Under the pieces are notes generated by a model that did no database searches, was not told where the DNA came from, and saw only the letters and a list, made by a program, of their open reading frames with translations. Shown in pieces: positions 19,384-29,694 of a DNA stretch of 64,000 nt; the stretch's first letter is position 1; each line of letters starts with the position of its first letter. The stretch is from Gemmatimonadaceae bacterium (GTDB taxonomy: Bacteria; Gemmatimonadota; Gemmatimonadetes; Gemmatimonadales; Gemmatimonadaceae): NCBI GenBank assembly GCA_033763905.1, contig JANRJP010000009.1, positions 31,901 to 95,900 on the forward strand, written 5' to 3'. The translations under genes were made by a program, and so were the position numbers.

Positions 19384-20882
19384 TTGGCGAGGAGTGGTGG
19401 AAGACGGTGCGCCCACGGGCGCGCCTGTTCAAGCTGCGCCGCCAAGCGGAAGAGCGTGGCGTCATCGCCGAACCGTGACACGAACTGCGTGCCGACCGGA
19501 AGACCGGCGGCATTCCAGTACAGCGGGACCGACATCGCCGGCTGGCCGGTGATGTTGAACAGCGGCGTGTAGGGAATGAAGCCGAAGACTTTCTCGATCG
19601 TCTGCTCGAGCAGGCCGGCGGCATTGAGGACGCCCCCGAGGTTGAGCCGGCCCAGTGCGGTGACGGCGGCCAGCTCCACGGCGGTGGGTTGTAGTGCGCC
19701 AATCGGAAAGGGCGGCGCGCCGAGGGTCGGTGTGACGAGCACATCATACGACGTGAAGAACGTGCCGACCTGACGCGTCGCCGTCTGCATCACGCGCACT
19801 GCGGTGGCGTACTCGGAGGCGCGGAAGTGCTGGCCGAGCAATCCCAATGCCCAGGTTGCCGGCTCGACATCCGACGCGCGTGGAGCTCGGCGCAGCTGCT
19901 CGGCGAGATACTCGAGCTCCGAGCGCGTTTCTGCCGCGACGACGGTGAGAAACGCGCGGGCCAGCGTGTGGCCGTCGATCGGCGGCGTGGCGTCTTCGAC
20001 ATCGTGGCCGAGGGACCGGAGCAGTTGGGCAGCGTCGTCGAGCGACGCGCGGCAGTCGGGGTGCACCGTGCCGCCGAAGAACGGCGTGTCCGTCACCGCA
20101 ATCCGGAGTCGACCCGGTTCGCGTCCGACTTCCTCGAGGAACGGGCGCGCGGTCGCGGGGGCGGGCGTCGACGTGCCGATGTCCTCCCCTTCGGTGGCGT
20201 CCAGCATCGCCGCCGAGTCGCGCACACTGACGGTGAGCACGTGCTCCTGCACGAAGCCGCGCCAGACGTCGCCAATGTCGGGACCCGTGGGGTTGCGGCC
20301 TCTCGTGGGCTTGAGTCCGAAGATGCCGCAGGCCGATGCGGGAATGCGGATCGAGCCGCCGCCGTCGCCGCCGTGGCTGATCGCCACGAGGCGTGCGGCG
20401 ACCGCAGCGCCGGACCCGCCAGAGGACCCGCCAGTGGTGCGCGAGAGATCCCACGGATTCCGCGCGGGGCCCAAGGCTGCGCTTTCGGTGAACGGCGTGA
20501 GTCCGAGTTCTGGCGTGTTGGACTTGCCCACGAACACCGCCCCCGCCCGTCGGTAGCGGCGAATCAGTTCGCTGTCGTGCTCGGCAGGGCGATCCGCCGC
20601 GAGTCGGCTCCCGTTGCTCGTCGGCACACCCGCGATCGTCGCCAGCAGGTCCTTGATGAGCATCGGTACGCCGGCAAAGGGCGCGGCGGGATCAATGCTC
20701 GCGAGCTGGGCGCGCGCTTCGCGCTCGAGCAGTCGGACCACGGCGTTGAGCGCGGGGTTCCGCGCGGCGATCCGGGCCAACGCGGCGTCCAGCAGTTCGG
20801 CGCTGCTGACCTGGCGCGAGCGCACGAGCTCGGCCTGCGCCAAGCCGTCCAGCTGGTCGAATTCGGGGAGCGGAAGCGGCAT
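19380..20882 (-). CDS. Amidase signature family protein (cytoplasmic)
   Basis: 'GVPMLIKDL', 'GGSSGGS' and 'DGGGSIRIPASACG'. Confidence 0.93.
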   Translation of the reverse strand: MPLPLPEFDQLDGLAQAELVRSRQVSSAELLDAALARIAARNPALNAVVRLLEREARAQLASIDPAAPFAGVPMLIKDLLATIAGVPTSNGSRLAADRPAEHDSELIRRYRRAGAVFVGKSNTPELGLTPFTESAALGPARNPWDLSRTTGGSSGGSGAAVAARLVAISHGGDGGGSIRIPASACGIFGLKPTRGRNPTGPDIGDVWRGFVQEHVLTVSVRDSAAMLDATEGEDIGTSTPAPATARPFLEEVGREPGRLRIAVTDTPFFGGTVHPDCRASLDDAAQLLRSLGHDVEDATPPIDGHTLARAFLTVVAAETRSELEYLAEQLRRAPRASDVEPATWALGLLGQHFRASEYATAVRVMQTATRQVGTFFTSYDVLVTPTLGAPPFPIGALQPTAVELAAVTALGRLNLGGVLNAAGLLEQTIEKVFGFIPYTPLFNITGQPAMSVPLYWNAAGLPVGTQFVSRFGDDATLFRLAAQLEQARPWAHRLPPLLAK

Positions 20883-20967
20883 CCCCGATGATCGTCAACC
20901 GGACGTGGTGACGCTAGGCGGCGACGGGTGATAGCTTCGCCCGGACCCTTCGTGCGGAGATCGTGTC

Positions 20968-22347
20968 GTGTCGGATTCGGTGTCGCGTCGGAACTTTCTG
21001 GCCGGGGCTGCGGCCGTCGGTGTTGGTGCTCTGGGACTGCCGGCGCACGTGCTTGCCGAGGATCTCGCGCTGGCGCGCTCCCCCGAGACGCCGCCGCCGG
21101 CGAGCGGCGGCACCTTTATGCGCGGCGTCCCGTTTGCGCAGCACGACGTGGTGCGGGTGGCCATCGTCGGGACCGGCTTGCGTGGGCGCGGGATTCTGCG
21201 CGAGCTGCTGGCCATTGACGGGGTACGGGTCACGGCGATCGCCGATCTCGTGCCGGACAAGGCCGCTCGCGCGAACAAGATGATCACCGACGCGGGGCAG
21301 CCGGCGCCGGCCGTGTTCGCCGGGACCGAGACCGGCTTCGAGCAGCTCGTGCAGCGCGACGATATCGACCTCGTGTACACCGCGACGCCGTGGGAATGGC
21401 ACGTGCCGGTGTGTCTGGCGGCGATGCGGAATGGGAAGCACGCGGCCACCGAGTGCAACGCCGGGATGACACTGCGTGACCTGTGGGCGCTGGTCGATAC
21501 GTCGGAGGCGACCGGCAAGCACTGTCTGCAGCTCGAGAACTGCTGCTACGGCCAATCGGAGATGCTGGTGAATCGTCTGGTGCACGCGGGTGTGCTCGGC
21601 GAGGTGCTGCACTGCGAAGCCGCCTACCTGCACGACCTGCGCGAGATTCTCTTCGAGACTCGAGACGAGGGGCTGTGGCGCCGCGCGTGGCACACGAAGT
21701 TCAACGGCAATCTGTATCCCACACACGGGCTTGGTCCGGTGTCGTGGTATCTCGACATCCACAACGGCGACCGCTTCGACTATCTGGTGTCGATGTCCTC
21801 GCCCGAGGCGGGACTCACGGCGCATCGCGCCGCGACGATCAAGGATCAGAATGATCCGCGTTGGGCGGAGCGCTACGTGACCGGCGATCTCAACAGTTCG
21901 CTGATCAAGACCGCCAAAGGCCGCACGATTCTGTTGCAACACAACGTGTCGAGTCCGCGGCCGTATTCGCGACTCAACAACGTGCAGGGTACCAAGGGCG
22001 TGTTCGAGGACTACCCGCCGCGCATCTATGTGGATGGGCAGGCGGGTGGAGAGCGCTTCGGCTCGCTCGACCCGTGGAAGGCCGAATACGATCACCCGCT
22101 GTGGAAGAACGTCGGCGAGTTGGCGCGCAAGACCGGCGGCCACGGCGGGATGGATTTCATTATGTGTTGGCGCCTGGTGCAGTGCTTCCGTGAAGGGCTG
22201 GCACCGGACTTTGACGTCTACGATGCGGCGGCGTGGAGTGCGCCCTTCGCGCTGTCGGCGATGTCGGTGTCGCGACAGAGCGCGCCGGTGAAGTTCCCCG
22301 ATTTCACTCGGGGCCGCTGGAACACACCGCTGGTCGCGCGCGGGTGA
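20968..22347 (+). CDS. GH109 NAD+-dependent glycosidase (alpha-N-acetylgalactosaminidase-like; Gfo/Idh/MocA fold), Tat-exported
   Basis: Tat 'SRRNFL'; 'YTATPWEWH', 'LENCCY', 'YLHDLR', 'NGNLYPTHGLGP' and 'GGHGGMDF'. Confidence 0.9.
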   Translation: MSDSVSRRNFLAGAAAVGVGALGLPAHVLAEDLALARSPETPPPASGGTFMRGVPFAQHDVVRVAIVGTGLRGRGILRELLAIDGVRVTAIADLVPDKAARANKMITDAGQPAPAVFAGTETGFEQLVQRDDIDLVYTATPWEWHVPVCLAAMRNGKHAATECNAGMTLRDLWALVDTSEATGKHCLQLENCCYGQSEMLVNRLVHAGVLGEVLHCEAAYLHDLREILFETRDEGLWRRAWHTKFNGNLYPTHGLGPVSWYLDIHNGDRFDYLVSMSSPEAGLTAHRAATIKDQNDPRWAERYVTGDLNSSLIKTAKGRTILLQHNVSSPRPYSRLNNVQGTKGVFEDYPPRIYVDGQAGGERFGSLDPWKAEYDHPLWKNVGELARKTGGHGGMDFIMCWRLVQCFREGLAPDFDVYDAAAWSAPFALSAMSVSRQSAPVKFPDFTRGRWNTPLVARG

Positions 22348-23165
22348 CGTCTCGGGCGGTCATCCTGGCGCGCGGACTCGGCACACGGATGCGCCGCGAA
22401 GCCGACGGCGCGGTGGGGTTGGACGCGGCGCAGACGGCGGCGGCGTCCGCGGGGCACAAGGCGATGATGCCGGTCGGGCGGCCGCTGATCGAGCACCTGT
22501 TGACGGCGGTGGCCGATGCCGGGCTGCGCGACGCGGTGCTCGTCATTGGCCCGGAGCATACCGACATTCGCGCGCATTTCGCAGCGGCGCTGGCCGAGGA
22601 ACCCCGCCGCCGGATTGCGGTTCGATTCGCCGAGCAGGCCGAGCCCCGTGGCACGGCGGACGCGGTGCTCGCCGCGCGCGACGCGTGCGGCGAGGCGCCG
22701 TTTGTCGTGCTCAACGGCGACACGTGGTACCCGCCCGAGGCCATTGCCGCTGTGGCGCAGGCGCCGGCGCCGGCCTTTGGGGCCTTTGACGCCGAGGCCT
22801 TGGTGCGCTTGAGCAACATTCCTGCGGAGCGCGTGTTGGCGTTCGCGCTGTGCGACGTGGCGCCGGATGGCGGGCTACGCGATATCGTCGAAAAGCCCGC
22901 CGCAGATCACCCGTTGGCGCTGGCGTCGCGGCGGGCGGTGTCGATGAATCTCTGGCACTTTGGCCCCGAGATCTTCGCGGCGTTGGCGCGGGTGACGCCT
23001 TCGCCGCGGGGGGAGTTGGAGCTGGTGGATGCGGCGCGGGGGGTGCTGCGCAGCGGTGCGCGGGTGCAGGCGGTGCCGCTCGCTACGGGAGTGCTGGATC
23101 TCTCGACGCGAGGAGACGTGGCGTCCGTCGCCGCGCGGCTAGCCGGACGCCCGGTGGCGTGGTGA
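22344..23165 (+). CDS. Sugar-1-phosphate nucleotidyltransferase family protein
   Basis: 'AVILARGLGTRMR', 'EQAEPRGTADAV', 'LNGD', 'VEKP' and 'PSPRGELEL'. GTGA overlap with the GH109 stop. Confidence 0.85.
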   Translation: MTSRAVILARGLGTRMRREADGAVGLDAAQTAAASAGHKAMMPVGRPLIEHLLTAVADAGLRDAVLVIGPEHTDIRAHFAAALAEEPRRRIAVRFAEQAEPRGTADAVLAARDACGEAPFVVLNGDTWYPPEAIAAVAQAPAPAFGAFDAEALVRLSNIPAERVLAFALCDVAPDGGLRDIVEKPAADHPLALASRRAVSMNLWHFGPEIFAALARVTPSPRGELELVDAARGVLRSGARVQAVPLATGVLDLSTRGDVASVAARLAGRPVAW

Positions 23166-23238
23166 GCGGCGAGCCATCCACAGCCTTCCACGCCTCGTGT
23201 AACTTCGCTGGCGACGTCCACGCCCCCTTCCCCGCCTT

Positions 23239-25155
23239 ATGCTCATCTCCTGGATCGACTGGGTCATCGCGTTCGCGTCGATCGCCGTCTGCTTCGTGCC
23301 GGCGCTCTTCCTCGCGAAGCGTTCCGGCAGCAGCACGGCCGAGTTCTTCGGCTCGGGGCGCTCCGTGCCGTGGTGGCTGGCGGGCTTGTCGATGGTCGCC
23401 ACGACGTTTTCGTCGGACACGCCGAACTGGGTGACGGAGCAGGTGCGCCGCTACGGCGTCGCCGGCAACTGGCAGTGGTGGGCCTTCGTGCTCACCGGGG
23501 TGGCGACGGTGTTCTTCTTTGCTCGGCTCTGGCGCCGCTCGGGTGTCCTCACCGACCTCGAGTTCTACGAATTGCGCTATTCCGGTCGCTCGGCGTCGGT
23601 CGTACGCGGATTCCGTGCGGTGTATCTGGGGCTGTTCTTCAACTGCTTCATTATGGGGATGGTCACGCTCGCGGCCTGCAAGATCGCGAACATCCTCTTT
23701 GGGCTGACGCCGCTCCAGACGATCGTCGTCACGGGCGTGCTGAACGTCGTGTTTGCCGCGCACTCCGGGCTCTGGGGCGTGCTGGTCATCGATATGATCC
23801 AGTTCTTCATCAAGATGACGGCGGTCTTTGCTGCGGCGTGGTTCTCGCTGGTCGAGGTTGGGCGTCGGCTCGGCAACGAGGCCAGCGCGTGGGTCGGTCT
23901 CAAGCTCTTGATTGCGAAGTTGTCCACCCAGCAGGTCGCGCAGGGCACCGCGGCGGGCGCGCAGCCGGTCATGACCGCGTCCGATGGCACGGGGCAGCCC
24001 ATTCTCGACCTGATGCCCAACTTCGGGATGTCGGAACTGGCGTTGATGATCTTCATTCTGCCGATCGCCGTGAGCTGGTGGGCGAATTGGTATCCCGGCG
24101 CCGAGCCGGGCGGTGGGTCGTACATCGCGCAGCGGATGCTGGCGTCCAAGTCCGAGAAGGACGCGTTGGGCGGCACGTTGTTCTTCAACGTGGCGCACTA
24201 CGTGTTGCGGCCGTGGCCGTGGATCATCACGGCACTGTGTTCGATCATCGTGTATCCCGATCTCGCGTCGATTCAGGCCGCGTTTCCGCAAGCGGATGCG
24301 TCGCTGATCGGTCACGACTCGGCGTTTCCGGCGATGCTCAAGTTTCTCCCGGTCGGGTTCGTTGGCCTGATGATCGGCGGACTTCTTGCGGCAAACTCGT
24401 CGACGATTCTCACGCACCTCAACTGGGGATCGTCGTATCTCGTGCACGACTTCTATCGACGCTTCATCCGCAAGGATGCGTCGGAGTCGCACTACGTGAA
24501 CGCGGGACGAGTGTCGACGGTGCTGTTGTACATCGTGGCGGCGCTGTTGTCGCTGACGATGAGCAGCGCGCAGCAGGCGTTTCAGGTGCTGCTGTCGATC
24601 GGGGCCGGCACGGGGCTGCTCTACATCGCGCGCTGGTTCTGGTGGCGCGTCTCGGCGTGGTGCGAGATCGTCGCGATGGGCGTGTCGCTGCTGACCTCGC
24701 TGGTCGTGCCGGCGCTGATGCCGGATGCCGGTTTCGCGACGGTGACGATCGTGCAGGTCGGCATCACCACGGTGGCGTGGCTGATCACGGCGTTTGTGGG
24801 GCCCGAGACATCACGGGAGACGCTGGTCGCCTTCGTGCGGCAGGTGAAGCCGGTGGGGCCCGGCTGGACCGCGATTCGCGCCGTGGCCGGTGTGTCGGAC
24901 GCGGACGTGGCGCGTGAGAATCGCGTGGGTGCGGCCTTTGTCGGCTGGATCGCCGGGTGTCTGGTGATCTGGTCGTCGCTGTTCGTGATCGGCAACGCCC
25001 TCTATGCGGCGGGCGATCCGTCGCGCGTGATGCCCACCGTGGTCTTGAGCGCAGTGCTGGTCGTGAGCGGTGTGGTCCTGCTGCGCGTGACGCGCCAACT
25101 GTGGTCGGACAGCGCGGACGCCGAGCGTCGCGCGGCGCAGGGCACAGCGGCATAG
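23239..25155 (+). CDS. Sodium:solute symporter family protein
   Basis: Many TM helices; 'WWLAGLSMVATTFSSDTP' and 'AEPGGGSYIAQRM'. Confidence 0.9.
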   Translation: MLISWIDWVIAFASIAVCFVPALFLAKRSGSSTAEFFGSGRSVPWWLAGLSMVATTFSSDTPNWVTEQVRRYGVAGNWQWWAFVLTGVATVFFFARLWRRSGVLTDLEFYELRYSGRSASVVRGFRAVYLGLFFNCFIMGMVTLAACKIANILFGLTPLQTIVVTGVLNVVFAAHSGLWGVLVIDMIQFFIKMTAVFAAAWFSLVEVGRRLGNEASAWVGLKLLIAKLSTQQVAQGTAAGAQPVMTASDGTGQPILDLMPNFGMSELALMIFILPIAVSWWANWYPGAEPGGGSYIAQRMLASKSEKDALGGTLFFNVAHYVLRPWPWIITALCSIIVYPDLASIQAAFPQADASLIGHDSAFPAMLKFLPVGFVGLMIGGLLAANSSTILTHLNWGSSYLVHDFYRRFIRKDASESHYVNAGRVSTVLLYIVAALLSLTMSSAQQAFQVLLSIGAGTGLLYIARWFWWRVSAWCEIVAMGVSLLTSLVVPALMPDAGFATVTIVQVGITTVAWLITAFVGPETSRETLVAFVRQVKPVGPGWTAIRAVAGVSDADVARENRVGAAFVGWIAGCLVIWSSLFVIGNALYAAGDPSRVMPTVVLSAVLVVSGVVLLRVTRQLWSDSADAERRAAQGTAA

Positions 25156-25170
25156 GTCGGAGACAGACGC

Positions 25171-26265
25171 GTGCCGACCGCGCTGACCGACGTGACGTAT
25201 CTGCCGCACGTGCCGGGGCGGATCGAGCTGCTCGGCAAGCACGTCGATTATCTCGGTGGCCGGTCGCTGACCTGTGCGACGCCGTGGGGGCTCGCGGGTC
25301 GTGCGACTCGCGTGGCGGTCCAGGCGGGCGACGTCGCCGCGTTGCTGCCGCACCGCGACGACGTCTATGCGCATGCTGTAGCTCGACGACTGACCCGCGA
25401 CTTCGGTCCGTTGCGCTACGGTGCTGACGTCGCGCTGTCGAGCACGTTGCCGCTTGCCGCTGGAATGTCGAGCTCAAGTGCCTACGTGATTGCGTTGCTT
25501 GCGGCGCTGTCGTGGGCGAACGAGCTCTCGTCGCGCGAGGCGTGGCACGCGGCCGGTTTGCACGAGCCGATCGGGTTCGCCCAGTACGCGGCCGCCGTGG
25601 AGTCGGGTGGGGCGTGGGGTCCGTTCGTCGGCGACGACGGCGTCGGCACGCGGGGCGGGGCGCAGGATCACATCGCCATTCTCTGCAACGCGCCGCGCGC
25701 GGTCGGCCAGTTCCGGTACAAGCCGGGCGCGCTCGAACGTCAGGTCGCGTGGCCCGCCGATTGGCGCCTGCTGGTGCTGCACAGCGGCGTGGTCGCCGAG
25801 AAGACCGGGGCGGTGATGGCCGAGTACAACCGGATTGCCGCCGAGGGAGCCGAGGGTGGTCCCGAACGTCAGCGGCAATTCGTGCGCGAGACCGAGGCGC
25901 TGGTGCCGATTGCTGCCGATGCGATCGCTGCGGCCAGACCGGAAGTGCTTGCGGCTGCAGCCGCCGAGTCGCAGGTGATGGCTGAGCGCGTACTGCGCAA
26001 TCAGATCCCCGAGACGGTGGCGTTGTGTCGCTTGGCCGTGGAGGCCGGCGCCTTCGCCGCATCGAGTTTTGGCGCGGGCTTTGGCGGTGCGGTGTGGGCC
26101 TTGTCGACGATGCTCGAGTGCGACCACGTGCTGCGTCGCTGGCGCGCGGCCTACGCGGCGACGTTTCCGGCGCGTGGCGAGACGTGGAGTGGCGTGATGT
26201 CGCCTGCGGGCACGCTGCTCAGCGCAGCATCAGCCCAGGTGTCGCGGCCGGAGGGGCAGTCCTGA
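25171..26265 (+). CDS. GHMP kinase, galactokinase-like
   Basis: 'PGRIELLGKHVDY', 'PLAAGMSSSSA' and 'SSFGAGFGG'. Confidence 0.82.
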   Translation: MPTALTDVTYLPHVPGRIELLGKHVDYLGGRSLTCATPWGLAGRATRVAVQAGDVAALLPHRDDVYAHAVARRLTRDFGPLRYGADVALSSTLPLAAGMSSSSAYVIALLAALSWANELSSREAWHAAGLHEPIGFAQYAAAVESGGAWGPFVGDDGVGTRGGAQDHIAILCNAPRAVGQFRYKPGALERQVAWPADWRLLVLHSGVVAEKTGAVMAEYNRIAAEGAEGGPERQRQFVRETEALVPIAADAIAAARPEVLAAAAAESQVMAERVLRNQIPETVALCRLAVEAGAFAASSFGAGFGGAVWALSTMLECDHVLRRWRAAYAATFPARGETWSGVMSPAGTLLSAASAQVSRPEGQS

Positions 26266-27081
26266 CGGGACGGCTCGAGTGGCCGGAGTCTTGAGCGGCT
26301 TGGGTTTGGGCAGGCCCGACCAGCCGTCATCGAGGGCGGCCTGATGTACGGCTTCCCAGATGAGCCAGGCACGACGTCGGTCGAGCGAGCAGCCTTCTGA
26401 GATGCCCGCAGCGGCGTCATTGAGCATCGCCACACCGCGAATGGCTTCACCAACCGCTCGCTCGAGCCGTTTGGCTGACTCCAGTTCGCCGGCGGCACGC
26501 GCGCTCACCCGCTGGCTGGCTGCCACAACGGTCGTCACGTCTGTCCGCGCAGCATCCAGCGCTTGATGGCTGAGCGCAACCTGCTGTTGCAAGACCTCGA
26601 CCAAGCCTGCGACGTCGCGTGCGGATTGTGACGCCTCGTCGGCGAGCATCTTCACTTCGGCCGCGACGACGGCGAAGCCACGCCCGGCATCGCCGGCGCG
26701 CTCGGCTTCGACTGACGCGTTCAACGCCAGTAGGCGCGTCTGCCGGGCCACCTTCCCGATCGCCGCAACCACGCGCGAGACATCGCGCATCGTGGCGCTG
26801 AGCTGCTCGGTCGCCGCGTTCGAGGCGCCAACCGCTGCGGCCGTCCGGCCGGCGGCCAGTTCGGCGTCGCGGAACTCGGAGGCCAACGACTCGAGCGACG
26901 CGATCTGCCGATCGATGCCCTCGTCGGCGTAGCGTGAGGCGTCGCGCACGCGGGCCGCTTCGCTGATCAGCCCGACCATCTTGTGCTCCGCCTCGCCGAT
27001 GAAATCGGACAAGGCGGCGGCACGGCGAACGGCCGTCTCGATCGGGGGGCAGGGGCGTTCGCCGGGAAACGGGACGGTCAC
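26230..27081 (-). CDS. Short cytoplasmic methyl-accepting chemotaxis signalling-domain protein; start uncertain
   Basis: Hairpin-tip motif '[37 protein letters not shown]'; no TM segment; GTG start. Confidence 0.8.
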   Translation of the reverse strand: MTVPFPGERPCPPIETAVRRAAALSDFIGEAEHKMVGLISEAARVRDASRYADEGIDRQIASLESLASEFRDAELAAGRTAAAVGASNAATEQLSATMRDVSRVVAAIGKVARQTRLLALNASVEAERAGDAGRGFAVVAAEVKMLADEASQSARDVAGLVEVLQQQVALSHQALDAARTDVTTVVAASQRVSARAAGELESAKRLERAVGEAIRGVAMLNDAAAGISEGCSLDRRRAWLIWEAVHQAALDDGWSGLPKPKPLKTPATRAVPSGLPLRPRHLG

Positions 27082-27244
27082 GTGCGGGGGGGCGTGCGTG
27101 GGAGAATCGGCGGGTCGAGCGCCGCGGCGGCCCGCAGACTGCGACGCCTCACCTCAAGCATCGGCGCCGGTTGCGCGCGCTTGAATGGCACTCGCCGTCT
27201 CAGATTGAGCCGCCCTTGGGTCGGGCAATGCGATGCCCACAGAC

Positions 27245-29230
27245 TCAGGCCGCGCGATCGACCGCCGCCCCTCCGCGCCGGACGTCCGGTAGCACGAAGC
27301 GTTGAATCGTCTCCTGCATTCGTGCCGCCTGGCCCGCGAGTTCCTGCGATGCCGCGGAGCTTTCCTCGGCGCTGGCCGCCACGTTCTGCGTGTTCCCCTG
27401 CATTGCTGCAATCGAGGTATCGATCTCGCGGACGGCGGACTGCTGGCCCGTGCTCGCGACCGATACATCGTTGAGCACGCTGGCGACCCGGGTGAACTTC
27501 TCGTCGATGTCGGCGAGCCGCGCTTCGGCGGCGGCGGCGATGTCGACACCAGCGGCCGAGTTGCCGAGCTGTGTTTCGATCAGGGTTGCCGTCTCGCGCG
27601 CCGCCGTGGCAGAACGCAAGGCGAGGGCGCGAACCTCTTCCGCGACGACCGCGAAGCCACGTCCGGCGTCGCCGGCGCGCGCCGCTTCGACGGCGGCGTT
27701 CAGCGCCAGCAGATTGGTCTGGAAGGCGATCTCGTCGATCGTCTTGACGATCTTCGCGGTATCGCTGCTCGAGGCCCGAATACGCTGGACGGCATCGCGC
27801 AGCTGATGCATCGCGGCGACACCCGCTGACGCGCTCGCGCGGGCCTCCGAGGCGAGGTGTGTTGCCGTCTGCACGCTGGCGGCATTCTGCGCGGCGCCAG
27901 CCCCCAGTTCCGCGACCGTGGCCCCGATCTCTTCGAGGCCGGCCGCCTGCTCGCTCGCGCCGCGGGCCAGGTTGTCACTGGTGGCCGCGATTTCGGTCGA
28001 GGCAGCGGTCACCTCGGTGCTTGCGGCGCGCACATCCAGCAACGTGATGGCCAAAGCGTCGAGCGCCGAGTTCAGCGCTTGCTTGACCGTCGCGTGATCG
28101 CCGCGGTAGTTGCCGGTGACGCGGGCGGTCAGGTCGCCCTCGGCCAGCTTGCCGAGGACACTGGCCGTCTCGTTGGCCGGTTCGGTCGTGGCTTCGAGCG
28201 TGGCGTTGACGCCCTCGAGCATCTCGCGGAATGCCCCGGTGACGCGATTGGCGTCGGCGCGCGCCGACAAGTCGCCGGCACGAGCGGCGGTGGCCAGCTG
28301 CTGGGCTTCCTCGATCATCACTTGCAAGGCGCCGACGGAACGCGTGAACGTCTCGTTCGTCTCGTAGGCGGCAACGAGCATTGCATCGAGAGAGCTCGCG
28401 AGCGCGCCGAGTTCATCGACGCGGTCCATCCGCATCGGTGGAATCTGCTTGAGCGGGACCGTCGTGAGGTCACCGGTCGCGACGCGACGTCCTGTCTCGG
28501 CGAGCGGCTCCAGGACTGCCGTGGTGACGAGGGCGGCGCGGGACACGACACACTGGATCTCGAGGCCAACCGCACGCACGCGCCAGTAGCCGACCCCAGC
28601 GATCAGCAGGGCCGCAAGGCCGAGCGTGATGGTGGACGCCCAGAAGGCGCGCGCCGCCTCGGCGCGCAGACTCTCGGTCGCGGTCTGCACCTGGCCCTCG
28701 GCCAGCTCCGATAGCTGTCCGACCAGCGACTCGTAGTCTCGCTGGGCGGGCAGGTATTGCCCGAAGTACGTCTTGGTGGCCGAGTCCGGAGCACCGCTGG
28801 CCACGAGTTCCAGGATCGTGGTCCCGAGCGGTTGCAGCGTAGTGGAGTCTGCGGCGTTCAACGCGACGATGCGCGTGTGCATTTCGGGCGAGCGCCCGAG
28901 GCTGTCGAGTCGGCGATACGTCGCCTGCAACGAGTCGAAGGCCTCGATCCGCTGCAGCGATTGATCGGCGATCTGTTCCGGATTCAGCAGCATCGCCTTC
29001 GTGGCGGCGTCCTCGATCAGGACCAGACTACGCGCCCGCATCGCCAGCTCCTTTACCTCACGCGCCCGCAGGAGTTCCGCGACGTGCTCGTGCTGGGCGC
29101 CGCGCGAGCGGAAGGCGAGGCCGGTGCCGACCAGGACGAGGGGTACCAGCAGTGCGATGACGAGCAGCGTGATGCTGGCAGCCAGGGAGCGCGGCGCAAA
29201 ACGGTCCCGCCACGGGCGCGATGTGGTCAT
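27245..29230 (-). CDS. Methyl-accepting chemotaxis protein (2 TM, periplasmic helical sensor, HAMP domains)
   Basis: Two TM helices flank a ~150-aa sensor; HAMP '[13 protein letters not shown]'; '[34 protein letters not shown]'. Confidence 0.95.
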   Translation of the reverse strand: MTTSRPWRDRFAPRSLAASITLLVIALLVPLVLVGTGLAFRSRGAQHEHVAELLRAREVKELAMRARSLVLIEDAATKAMLLNPEQIADQSLQRIEAFDSLQATYRRLDSLGRSPEMHTRIVALNAADSTTLQPLGTTILELVASGAPDSATKTYFGQYLPAQRDYESLVGQLSELAEGQVQTATESLRAEAARAFWASTITLGLAALLIAGVGYWRVRAVGLEIQCVVSRAALVTTAVLEPLAETGRRVATGDLTTVPLKQIPPMRMDRVDELGALASSLDAMLVAAYETNETFTRSVGALQVMIEEAQQLATAARAGDLSARADANRVTGAFREMLEGVNATLEATTEPANETASVLGKLAEGDLTARVTGNYRGDHATVKQALNSALDALAITLLDVRAASTEVTAASTEIAATSDNLARGASEQAAGLEEIGATVAELGAGAAQNAASVQTATHLASEARASASAGVAAMHQLRDAVQRIRASSSDTAKIVKTIDEIAFQTNLLALNAAVEAARAGDAGRGFAVVAEEVRALALRSATAARETATLIETQLGNSAAGVDIAAAAEARLADIDEKFTRVASVLNDVSVASTGQQSAVREIDTSIAAMQGNTQNVAASAEESSAASQELAGQAARMQETIQRFVLPDVRRGGAAVDRAA

Positions 29231-29257
29231 TGATGGAGTCCGGAAGCGAGCTCGGTG

Positions 29258-29569
29258 TTACTTCGCGACGGTGATCTTGAGCTTCATCTTCGGATGGAAC
29301 GCGCAGCGCACATCGAACGACCCTTCACGCGTGAAGGAGACTTCGTGTTCGGTTCCGGGCGCCATCTTCACCACATTGAAGGCGAAGCCGGGCGCACTGC
29401 TGAAGACATTGTGGGCGACGTCGTCGTCGTTCTTGAAGACGAGCTTTTCGCCGGGCTTGACGGTGACTTCTGCCGTCGAGAACGCCTTGCCCTTCTGTCC
29501 GACGACGGTGGGGGCGACAGGGGCGGTCGTCAGGAGCAGCGCAGGCAACAGCACGAAACGGCGGGACAT
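29258..29569 (-). CDS. Small periplasmic cupredoxin (amicyanin/plastocyanin-like type-1 Cu protein)
   Basis: Signal peptide; 'AHNV' plus C-x2-H-x2-M ('CAFHPKM'), the amicyanin-type ligand loop. Confidence 0.88.
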   Translation of the reverse strand: MSRRFVLLPALLLTTAPVAPTVVGQKGKAFSTAEVTVKPGEKLVFKNDDDVAHNVFSSAPGFAFNVVKMAPGTEHEVSFTREGSFDVRCAFHPKMKLKITVAK

Positions 29570-29598
29570 ACCAACCTCACGAGGACACGGGGGATGAT

Positions 29599-29658
29599 CT
29601 CGCGGCCCGTCTCCCGCGAGCAACGTGTCACGTTGTCGGGCGGAGATGCCGCATCTCC
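29599..29658. repeat. Three consecutive inverted repeats in the pufC-cupredoxin spacer
   Basis: CTCGCGG-N8-CCGCGAG (29599-29620), CAACGTG-T-CACGTTG (29621-29635) and GGAGATGC-C-GCATCTCC (29642-29658). Confidence 0.6.
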
Positions 29659-29694
29659 CACGAGTATCGGTCGCTACGCGCCGCGCGTTGACGG

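Noticed and set aside
27223..27240. Possible sigma-54 promoter or hairpin before the soluble MCP
   Set aside because: The match to TGGCAC-N5-TTGC is poor, and a short GC hairpin is expected by chance.
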